Assembly (NCBI GenBank): GCA_964016885.1
Contig: OZ024743.1
Location: 335,854,001 to 335,918,000 of the forward strand
Length of the DNA: 64,000 bases
Reading direction: 5' to 3'
Source: Eledone cirrhosa
Lineage: Eukaryota
The number at the start of each line of letters is the position of its first letter. The first letter of the stretch is position 1. Below are positions 53,355 through 64,000 of the stretch, in pieces. The notes beneath the pieces were generated by a model. It did no database searches. It was not told the DNA's origin and saw nothing but the letters and a program-made list of their open reading frames with translations. Both the position numbers and the translations under genes were made by a program.

Positions 53355-53876
53355 ATAAATAAGTAAATTAAATTAAATAAAATAAGATAAATAAACACAT
53401 ACACAAGCACATAAACACACACTAGTCACCCAGCAGACACAACACTATACACACTAGTCACACATCACACATAACACTATACACACACGCAAACGCATGC
53501 GCAAAGAAGACAAAATAAAATAAGATAAACAAACAAGCAAATAAATAAATAAATATATAGACAGACTGAACAAAAAAAACAAAAAAAATGGCGTAGACAT
53601 ACAACACAACAGGAGGAACAATGAATATAACACCACTGACGATGTTGCAGATGTGCAACGAAAGATTTATGTAAACTATATATATATGTGTTTGTCTATA
53701 TTGTATCTGTATTATTTTTGACCGCCGGTCAGTCAATGGCAACATTGAGGACCGAGTAAGTTAGATCGCAGATATATATATATAAAAGACAGCGAGAAGC
53801 GAAAACCAACCAAACAGTGAGTGTGTTCTGTTATTAATTCTGGCAATATTACGCTAATATGACCCTCCCCAAATAT

Positions 53877-53995
<119 letters not shown>

Positions 53996-54025
53996 AAAAA
54001 CCACAGACCCTCCATCTCAACTCTA

Positions 54026-54061
54026 CTTTTGAAAAGCAGAAGAACTGCGAAACCGGTAAAG
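54026..54061 (+). ncRNA. Minimal hammerhead-like motif with atypical UUGAAAA core
   Basis: ctt-TTGAAAA-gcag[aagaa]ctgc-GAAA-ccgg-TA-aag. Confidence 0.4.
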
Positions 54062-54196
54062 GAACCAAATAAATATATATATTTTTTTAAATAAGACTCC
54101 AGTTGCATGTTCGATTACATCTTTTTTTCTTTATACTTTCACTCGTGTAGGACACCTCGGTTAATTTTCATTTTGTAAAAAAAACGTCAATTTCTA

Positions 54197-54261
<65 letters not shown>

Positions 54262-54265
<4 letters not shown>

Positions 54266-54908
54266 GCAATGAAATATCTATGATCGTCGGCAAATCACTG
54301 ATGAGGGACTTATTTTATTACATGTCATCCATGTGCAACCAGCAGTATTCTTCTCCCCATTTTTTCACATATATTTACCTAAACTACGATTCTGTTTTTT
54401 TCTCTCTCTCTCTCTTACTGCTCCCTCGCTCTCTCTGTTTCTCCTACTTTCTTTCGCCCCCTCTGTCATGTCAGTTAACTCTTCCTCACACTTCCACTCA
54501 TTCACTCACTGTTTCTCCTCTTCTCACTTCACCCCGTTCGCGACGAAATCATTTTCTCTCTTTCTCACATTTGAATTCGCTCCTGAAAGGTCTTTTTTCT
54601 AAGCGCTCATATATTCACCTAGCTTATGCTAACAGAATAACTATGAAGCTTGTTCCCTTCCTTCTACGGTTAGCTATCCTCTTTGTTGTTATCTTGTTTC
54701 ACTCGCTTTACGCGTTTTAATTGTCCTAATAACTTAATTTAGTTATTATTGCATCGACGTGAGGTATATGATTTTTAATGCAATGAAATATCTATGATCG
54801 TCGGCAATTCACTGATGAGGGACTTATTTTATTACATGTTATCCATGTGCAACCAGCAGTATTCTTCTCCCCATTTTTTCACATATATTTACCTAAACTG
54901 CGATTCTG

Positions 54909-54988
<80 letters not shown>

Positions 54989-55446
54989 TGCTCCCTCGCT
55001 CTCTCTGTTTCTCCTACTTTCTTTCGCCCCCTCTTTCATGTCAATTAACTCTTCCTCACACTTCCACTCACTCACTCACTGTTTCTCCTCTTCTCACTTC
55101 ACCCCGTTCGCGACGAAATCATTTTCTCTCTTTCTCACATTTGAATTCGCTCCTGAAAGGTCTTTTTTCTAAGCGCTCATATATTCACCTAGCTTATGCT
55201 AACAGAATAACTATGAAGCTTGTTCCCTTCCTTCTACGGTTAGCTATCCTCTTTGTTTTTATCTTGTTTCACTCGCTTTACGCGTTTTAATTGTCCTAAT
55301 AACTTAATTTAGTTATTATTGCACCGACGTGAGGTATATGATTTTTAATGCAATGAAATATCTATGATCGTCGGCAAATCACTGATGAGGGACTTATTTT
55401 ATTACATGTTATCCATGTGCAACCAGCAGTATTCTTCTCCCCATTT

Positions 55447-55486
<40 letters not shown>

Positions 55487-56027
55487 CTGACAGAGGGGGC
55501 GCAAGAAGGTGAGAGAAACTCGGCTGCGTTTGTCTGTTTCTCTCTTACTGCTTCCCCACTCTCTCTGTTTCTCTCACCTTCTTGCGCCCCCTCTGTCAGT
55601 TACACTTTCACTCGACTGACCTCTTCCTCACCTTCCACTCACTCACTCTCTGTTTCCCCCCTTCTCACTTCCTCCCGTTTTGGCTTGTAGTGGGTCTCTT
55701 CTTGATTACATCTCACACACATCGGACGGTCTGTACCTCTCTCGCTCATGAAATCCACCCAAATTATGCTGAACGAACAACCATGCTGCTTGTTTATTTT
55801 CCTATCTTCGGTTTGCTTTTATCCTTCTATGTTGTTTACTTGTCCCTCTCGCTTTACGCGAATTACTGGTCCCAATAACTTTTTTTAGTTATTGCTCGCA
55901 CCAACCTGAGGTATCTGATTTTTAATGCGATGTATATACCAATGATGGTTGGAAAATCACTGACGAAGGACTATTTTTATCATATGTAGCCCATTTGCAA
56001 CCATGCAGTATTCTTCTTTCTTCTCAT

Positions 56028-56030
<3 letters not shown>
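54262..56030. repeat. Tandem repeat of about 514 bp (two full copies, one partial, one diverged relative)
   Basis: taatgcaatgaaatatctatgatcgtcggc at 54262, 54776 and 55346; (CT)n expansion in copy 2; diverged copy about 55520-56030. Confidence 0.85.
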
Positions 56031-56089
<59 letters not shown>

Positions 56090-56209
56090 ATATAACTGCC
56101 TGAGGTTTATATTGCTAACTCTATACCAAGTTATCTCTATATGTAGCGATTATATATAAAGAAAGAGGGCGCAGGGTTATAGATGCATAGATAGATAGAT
56201 AGATAGATA

Positions 56210-59200
56210 AACTTTCTATTTATTTGCCACCAGGGCATAAATGATTGGGACAAATACAAAGGGAGGGGGAGTTTACATACAATGAAACGAGTACAAAAAT
56301 ATAACAAACAAAATAAAACAATCGAAGTCCTCAATGGGGAGGGGGTCGCACACACCCCCGAATAGTTTTGGGGGTCGCACACACCCCCGAAAAATGTGCA
56401 ACCCTTCTCCTCGGGAGCATAAAGAGAGGGTGCTGCCTTCTTCTCCTATTCTTTCCACCTACAGGCTGATGTAGAGAGAAGGCCCATTCACTCGGGCCAT
56501 TCTCGCCACTTTCACCCACCTTTCATAAAACTGGCTGGGGTGGAGCACCTCTATCTCCATCCTGACCCTTCTTCCGAAATGATATCGGAAGAAAAGGACC
56601 AGTTATTAGCCGAAGAGAAAGGTGTCCGAACTTAGTCCTTTGAAACACGTCCACCATACAACCTCTTTCACCATGGCTATTACACAGAGGAAGACCGCCT
56701 CTCCGTTTTTGAAGGAGGGAGGCGGTTTGATCGTAACAATGGACTCGGTGGTTAACCGGATTGGTCCAACCCGTGACAGCAGTCGTCCCACATAGCCCCA
56801 CAGGTCGGCAACGCCCGGACAGTGTACAAATGCGTGCGCGGCGGTTTCCTCGTCGCGCACGCATCTCGGAAAGATCTTTTTCGACGAGTCCCTACCCGAG
56901 CGCCCGTGTCTGTAGAACTTGTCTCGAACGGGAAGAGCCCCACGGTAGCACTGCCAGGCGAGAGACCTCTGGAAGTTGTGCATGGGTCCCGGGCCAAATG
57001 TCCTACCGAACAGGATGGTCAGTTCTTCCTCCTCCATGCCTAGAGCTTCTCCCAAGGCGTCGTCGTACCTGCTGGTGACCAACCCTCTATAGAATGTCGA
57101 GGTGGAGTCTCCACTGATAGCTGGATCCGCCTGCCAGAGAGCCGTGAGCGCCAGAGCACACGCCGTATGCCAGGCGCCAAGTTTTCTCGGTCTTTGCTTG
57201 TCTCAGGATTGCAACTCGGTAAGCGAGACGTTTCTCGGAAAGGCTCGCCTCACAAACGGAGCCCACACCGGTTGACCGGTGAGGAATACCTGGAGGTGCC
57301 GTAGCTTTAATGCGAATTTACGCATCTGCAGCCACGGCATCCCCAGCCCTCCTTTCAAAGGGTGTTGACAGCAGATGTATCTCCTCATCAAAGGATCCCA
57401 CTTCTTCCAAAGGAATTGGAAGAGTGTGCACTTCATTTTGGTGAGCGTTTCACCTGGGCAAGGCACGACAGTCAAGCGGTAATAGATGACGGACGCCATA
57501 TAAGCGTTCGCCACCTCAGCCCGACCTTTCCGGGATAGTTTGCACTCGGCCCTCTTCTGGGCCTGTGCAAACACCCTGTTCGTTACCTCACCCCAGTTCT
57601 TCTCCACCTGGAGGTCTGGTCTGAACCAAACCCCGAGCAGCTACACCGGGCCCTCCGTCCAGCGTCCGACGACGCCGTCGGAGGGCATCGGTTTTCCCCT
57701 CCAGGCGCCGAGTTGCCAACCAACGGACTTGTTCTGGTTCAGCTTCGCCCCTGTAAACCTCGTATTCCTCCTGTAAGGTGCCGATCGGCCTGCTTTCCGA
57801 GGTACTCGACACAATTACTGTCACGTCATCGGCGTAGGCCGACACTGCTTTCCGCAATCCCGGTTCCAAGGCGATGTCCTGCAACAACTCCAACTTCCGC
57901 AGCAGTGGCTCGAGAGCCAGCACATACAGACGGGTGGAGAGAGGGCACCCCTGTCGGATGAACCGCGCGATTTGGAACGGCTCCTATAGGTAGCCGTTCA
58001 CCTTGACCTTCGAGCAGATGCAGCTGCTGTGCATGGCAGTAATCCAGCCCCTGAAAACGGGTCCGAAACCTGCTGCCGCTAGCACCGCATCCAGGTAACC
58101 ATGGTCGACCCTATCGAACGCCTTAGATTGATCCAAGTTGATCAGGGCCCCACCAAAGCCGGGTTCATTCCCAACCCTCTCTATGATGTATCGCATGAGG
58201 TGGAGGTTGTCATGAATGGACCTGGACGGGATAGCGCATGTCTGCGCATCTCCCACCAGGTTGCCCACGACAAGCGCCAACCTCTTTGCTAACACCTTAG
58301 CCAAAATCTTTAACTCCGCATTTAGCAGAGTTCTGGGCCTGAAATTACTTATTTCATCCCCTTGTTCTCGTCCTTCCTCACTAGCGAGACTACGCCCTTG
58401 GTCACAGAACAGGGAATTCTCCCGTTCTGTTGCCAGTTGCAGTAGACCGCCTCGAGGAGATCGGTGAAAAATTTCGGCATCGCTACATAAAGTTCGTATG
58501 GAAGACTATCGAGACCCGGGGATTTGGTTTGCCGAATTGGCTCAGCACGTCGCCTCTTTCAGCAGCTGAAATAGGCCCTTCGCAGGACTTCGCCTCCTCA
58601 CTCGAAAGACGCTGTAGGCCGTCGAGGTATGGAAAGAAATCCACATTCCCATCCGGCCCCCACCCCTCCCGAACGGCCTCACACATCTGTCCAGGTTCAA
58701 GGATCACACGTCCATCCTGGTCCTTCAAAGACCGGATAGTGGATTTACTCCCACTTTTGGCTTCTGTCACGCAGGCCCAGCTAACAGCTTTGGCCCACTC
58801 GTCTCCTAGAGCACGTATTTTGCTTCTGATATCGCAACCTTCGTGCTTCGCGTCGAAAAACTGGTCTAAGGCCGTTCTCGACGCTAGCACTCTGGCTACG
58901 TTGCCGCTTCTAATCGCCTCTTCTACTCTATCTACCAACTCCCTTTCCTTCCTATTCCTATCTGAGGCTAATTCCTTACTAAAACCTAACGAGACTACTC
59001 TAATCTCTCTCTTGAGAGAGCCCACCACATGCTGTTGACGATAGCCCCGTCAACCGTTCCTTAACTAAAGCGCTAATCCGATCCCTGTAAGCTTTACTTG
59101 CCAGTAAGGACAAGTTCAGCTTCCAGTAACCGGGTCCCTGTTTATGCGTTCTATCAAGGTTGACTAAGCAGGTCACTAATTTGTGATCTGAATAGCCAAC

Positions 59201-61891
59201 CATGCGCATCTCTGGACGACTTAGTAGATCCCTATCCTTATTTCTAACTAGGAACCTATCTAGGTACGACCTAAATGATCCGCCGCGGTTAGTCCAAGTC
59301 CAGGTTGGCGCAGTCGGAAAATCTAGTCGATATCTATCGGCCAGGTCAAATCGGCCGATTAACCGTTTGAGGCTGTTACACCCCCCTCTATCTGGACATG
59401 ACCCTACATAGTACCAACGTCCATCTAGCATACTATTCCAGTCCCTCACTAAAAGCAAGGAGCGGGACGTCCCTAGAAAAGTCTCCGGACGTTGGAAGAA
59501 GTCCTGCCTCGCTGCCCCAAAAGGGGAATAGGCGGCTACCAGCCTAAAGGCTCCACCTTCATTCCTGCCAACCTCTAGTACCACCAGCCGACCTTCCGGG
59601 TCCAAGTGCACCGTCTGCGTTGCGAGTCCCAGGTGTTTTTGCAACAGAACGACAACCCCACTTCCCACCTCCTGGCTGACAAAGAGATGCATAGATCTCA
59701 AAGTAGCTGCTGGCGTTCGCTGCTAACCCTGGACTCGCAAATAGCCATGACATTTATACTGCGCGACCTTAGGCCATTTAGAAGTTTTTCCTGCTTCCAA
59801 GGTGAGCTCAGGCCCCGCGCATCCTACACTCAATACAGCCATCTTGACGGCGAAGGGGAAGAAAAGAAAAGGCTCCTCCCTCCTTACGTTTCGGAGACAG
59901 GGCTGCACAACTTCCATGGGGGTGAGAAAGGGGTTATTGGGTGGGGTGGTGGTTTGTGGTGGTGTGGGGACATCAGAGTGTGGTAGGGTTGGGGTGTTTG
60001 GTGTGGTGTGGGTGAGGAAATTTTTCAAGAGGACGCGGTTTATTGGTTTTACACAGGGGGGGCCCACGTCCTCAGGAAAATTGTCTTTTAGTTCTATATA
60101 AATGTCTATCTGAATTTTAATCATTTTTAAAGAGGGGTTCTTTGTGTCCCTCGTGAAATTTGGCCCTTCGGTTTGCACCGAAGGGTTTTGTTCAATTTTG
60201 TTTACAAGTTTTATATTTTTTGTGTTGAAGTATGTGTATAGCTGTCTGTGTAATTTTTGTTGGTTTTTGTTCTGTATATTTTTGTTTTGTTTTGGGGAGG
60301 GGTTATTTTCCTTTGTGTGGGTGTGGTGTGTTTTCTTTTTTCGCTTTATTTTTTGGAAGGCTCCCCCCTCGACTTCTGACGTTAAGGGATCCTCTTCCAT
60401 GTTGGAGGGGAGGGTTATATTTTAGGGTTTTGTTATGTATGTTGTTGGAGTTGTTTTAGGTGGGAAGGGGTTGGGTGGGACCGTGTTCAGTTTTTTGTTG
60501 ACTTGTGTTTGTTGTTTTGGGGGTGGTGGTGGTGGTTTTGTTGTATTTGGAGGTGTTGGCAGTAAAGGTTTTTTAGTTTATTGAGGACAGGCAGCCCTCA
60601 GGTGACCTCTGCCTCCACAGAGGTAGCAAGCGGGCCGCCTAACATCGACTGCAATGTTCATAAATTGGGAGCCTTCCAGGGACACTCTTTGGGGTATCTT
60701 TGCGATACGTTCTGGTTTCATTCGAACCAGAACTTGTATTCCTATACCGCCAAAGTGGCCCCTGGTGGCTTTGCCTATATCAAGTAGTTCATCTTCGTCG
60801 TCCAGTATCCCTCCCAGTATCCATCACATATTTGTATCTGGGTCTATACAATTGTTATTTTTTGAGTTTTCTTCCCCATGGAGGTGGGGAAGAAAATGTA
60901 CTGTTTGGACACAAATGGCGACACCGAGTATTTTTGGGCCACCAATTGGTCCTTCATCAAAATTATCAGATTCACATATAACTTCCCTCTCTCAATAAAA
61001 ATCATGTCCTTCAACGCGTCTTTTAACACCAGCTCAATTTCGCTATGCGATAATTGAGCTGGTTTTTTGACGCATTTGATATAGTTCTAAAATGAATTGT
61101 CCTTAGAACCGTGTCTCTTTTAATATCCTTAGGGGAGATGATGGTGAATTCACCGTTTTCACCAAAGCTCACCTGTTTTCTCCCCTCTTTTAGCAATTCC
61201 GCTGCATTACTTATGTCAACTGGGGTGAAAGTTTCGGTCTCCTTAACGACCTGGGCAAAGGATATTCGTGTAGTGGGGTCTTTTTTTGTTTCGTTGCTGT
61301 TTTTCTTGTTTTCTTGGGTGCTTGCGTTTTGGTGGTTGTTGTTTGCGGTACAGTTTTTTGGGTTTTCACCCATCTTTTCGTGTTTTGGGTTCACATTTAT
61401 GTTGTTTTCTTTGTCATTGTTGCTGCTGTTTTCGCTTTTGTGTGTGTTTGTGTTATTTAATTTGTTATTTGTGTTGGTGTCAGTGTAATTTATACATTCT
61501 TTCAATTTACTGTTTCCATTGTTTAGGTTATTACCCAAGTTTTTACAATTGTTCGCCAAATCCACTTCCATACTCGCACGCGAAAGCGAGAGAAGGGAAG
61601 CTTCAGTAGATTGAGTTACTTGTTCCTCTTTATCACTTTCCCTGGGGGGAGGGGGGGGGGGGGGGGTCAGTGGAGTTTTCATGTATGGTGTCCACTATTG
61701 TAAGTTGGTATACACATTTTTCAAAGTAGTTTTTACCCCCAAAAAGTGGTAAAAATAAAATAACCACCCGTCTGCAAGTCCAGGCGGGAGGTTAGGTCAC
61801 ACAAATAAAACAAATGAAACACAAATTCAATCAAAAACGTAATACAAATCCAAAAAGGCTGCAGCCGAAGTAATACACGTCTACTATCAAC
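56210..61891 (-). mobile_element. Tx1/L1-clade LINE, second subfamily, decayed (ORF2 about 56459-59842; ORF1 about 59860-61682)
   Basis: YLDR, SDHK, LDQSKAFDRV, YADD; knuckle CYLCGGRGHLRAAC near 60585-60630; (GATA)n on both sides. Confidence 0.9.
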
Positions 61892-61911
61892 GATAGATAG
61901 ATAGATAGATA

Positions 61912-64000
61912 TGTTTCTTTATTAGACACAGGGGCACAAAAGAAGGGGACAAATACAAAGGGGGAAGTTTACATACAGTAAAAACGTGTAAATTACTATC
62001 ACAAATGCAATTTAAAAATTAATCGATTTTCCCCAATAGGGGGAGACATTTCATATGGGTAACACATACCCCCCCCCCCAAATGTATAACCCTCATCTCC
62101 AGGAGTACAAAGAGTTTGTACTCCTTTCCTCTCTTCCTCTCTTTCCTCAACCTACAGGCTGATATAGAGAGAAGGCCCATTCACTCGGGCCATTCTCGCC
62201 ACTTTCAGCCACCTTTCATAAAGCTTGATGGGTACAACACCTCTCTTCCATCCTGATTCTTCTTCCAAAGTGGTATTTGAAAAAAGAATCAGTTGTTGGA
62301 GAGAAAGGTGTCTGACCTCAGCCCTTTTAACCTCGTCCACCATACAACCTCTTTCGCCATAGCTATCACACAAAGGAAAACCACCTCTCCTTTGTTTTTG
62401 AAGGATGGTGGCGGTTTGATCATGACAATGGACTCGGTGGTCAACCGGATTGGTCCCACCAGCGACAATAGTCATTCTACATAGTTCCACAGGTGGGTAA
62501 CGCCCCGGCAGTGTATGAATGCGTGCGCGACGGTTTCTTCGTCTCGCACGCATCTCGGACAGATCTTTTTCGAAGGGTCCCTGCTCGGGCGCCCATGTCT
62601 GTAGAGCTTGTCTCGAACTGGTAGAGCTCCTCGGTAGCACTGCCAGGCCAGGGACTTTTGGAAGTTGTCCATCGGTCCCGGGCGGAAGGTCCTACCGAAC
62701 AGACTGGCCAGTTCGTCTTCCTCTACGCCTAGAATTTCTCCGAGCACGTCGTCGCACTTGCTGCGGATCAACCCTCTATAGAATGACGAAGTATAGTCTC
62801 CACTGACCGCCGGGTCCGCCTGCCAGAGAGCTGTGAGCGCCTGAGCACATTCCTCGGTCTTTTCTTGACCCAGGACTGCAGCTCGGACATCGAGACGAGT
62901 CTCGGAAAGGCTCGCCTCACGAACGGGGCCCACACCGGTTGTCCGGTGAGGAATACGTAGAGATGCCGCAGCCTGAGCGCGTGTTTGCGCATCGTCAGCC
63001 ACGGCATTCCCAGCTCTCCGTTGGAATGGGGTTGGCAGCAGATGGATCTTCTCACCAAAGGAGCCCGCTTCTTCCAAAGGAATTGGAAGAGCGCGCGCTC
63101 CATTTTGGTGAGCCTATTGGCTGGACAAGGCACGACGGCCAAGCAGTAGTAGATGACGGACGCTATAAAAGTGTTCACCACCTCCGCTCGACCTTTCAAG
63201 GATAGTTTGCACTCGGCCCACTTCTGGGTGAGTGCAAACACCTTGGCCGTCACCTCGTTCCAATTCTTCTCCACCTGGAGCTCCGGACCAAACCAGATCG
63301 CGAGCAGCTTTACCGGTCTTTCCGTCCAGCCTCCGACTACGCCATCGGAAGGCATCAGTTGACCTCTCCACGATCCGAGTTGCAAACCGATGGACTTGTC
63401 CCGGTTCAGCTTCGCTCCTGTGAACCTTTCGTATTCCTTCAGTAAGGTGCCAACTTCCTCGATTTGCGAGGTGCTCGACACCATTACTGTCAAGTCGTCG
63501 GCGTAGGCCGACGCCGCTTTCCACAGTCCCGGTTCCAGAGGGGTGCACTGGAATAGCTCCAACTTCCACAGTAGTGGATCAACAGTCAGTACGTACAGAA
63601 GAGAGGAGAGAGGGCATCCGTGTCGAATGGATCGCGTGATAAGGAACGGCTCCGAGAGGTAGCTGTTCACCTTGACCCTTCAGCAGATGTTGCTGTTGTG
63701 CATTGCAGCAATCCAGCCCCTAAACACAGGTCCGAAGACTGCCGCCTCGAGCACCGCATCCAGGTAACGATGGTCAACCCTATCGAAAGCCTTAGACTGA
63801 TCCAAGTTGATCAGGGCCCAGCCGGAGATTTGGGTTTGCCGCATTGGCTCAGCGCGTCCCCTATCTCAGCGGCTGAAATCGGCTTTTCGCAGAACTTTGC
63901 CTCGCTGTCCGAGAGTCGCGGTAAGCCGTCGAGGTATGGACCGAAATCCATAGCCCCTCCCGCCCTATCCGAACAGCTGAGCAAAGTGCCGCTGAAAGGC
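61912..64000 (-). mobile_element. Tx1/L1-clade LINE 3' part (same subfamily), runs off the window
   Basis: YADD, CPRC..H..C, AATAAAGAAA 3' end abutting (GATA)n. Confidence 0.9.

Overview
AT-rich eukaryotic DNA saturated with (TA)n, (CA)n and (TATG)n microsatellites. The repeat landscape suggests a cephalopod such as Octopus (inference). No host gene is convincingly supported, and most short ORFs in the track are microsatellite translations. The window contains four Tx1/L1-clade LINEs, a decayed intron-containing Helitron, an RTE LINE, a CR1 fragment, bipartite RTE-derived repeats, tRNA-SINEs and three Penelope-like elements (PLEs). One PLE is an apparently perfect 5.3-kb palindrome with two head-to-head 718-aa RT/GIY-YIG ORFs. 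The most striking unexplained signal is about a dozen fold-back (palindromic) units, mostly next to (TA)n tracts. Many of them carry type I hammerhead ribozyme (HHR) motifs from several sequence-unrelated families, nearly all with a self-complementary helix III. These include a retrozyme-like two-HHR unit, HHRs with a very long helix II, and 'half' HHRs whose palindrome axis falls in helix II. All folds were read by eye; none was computed or tested.
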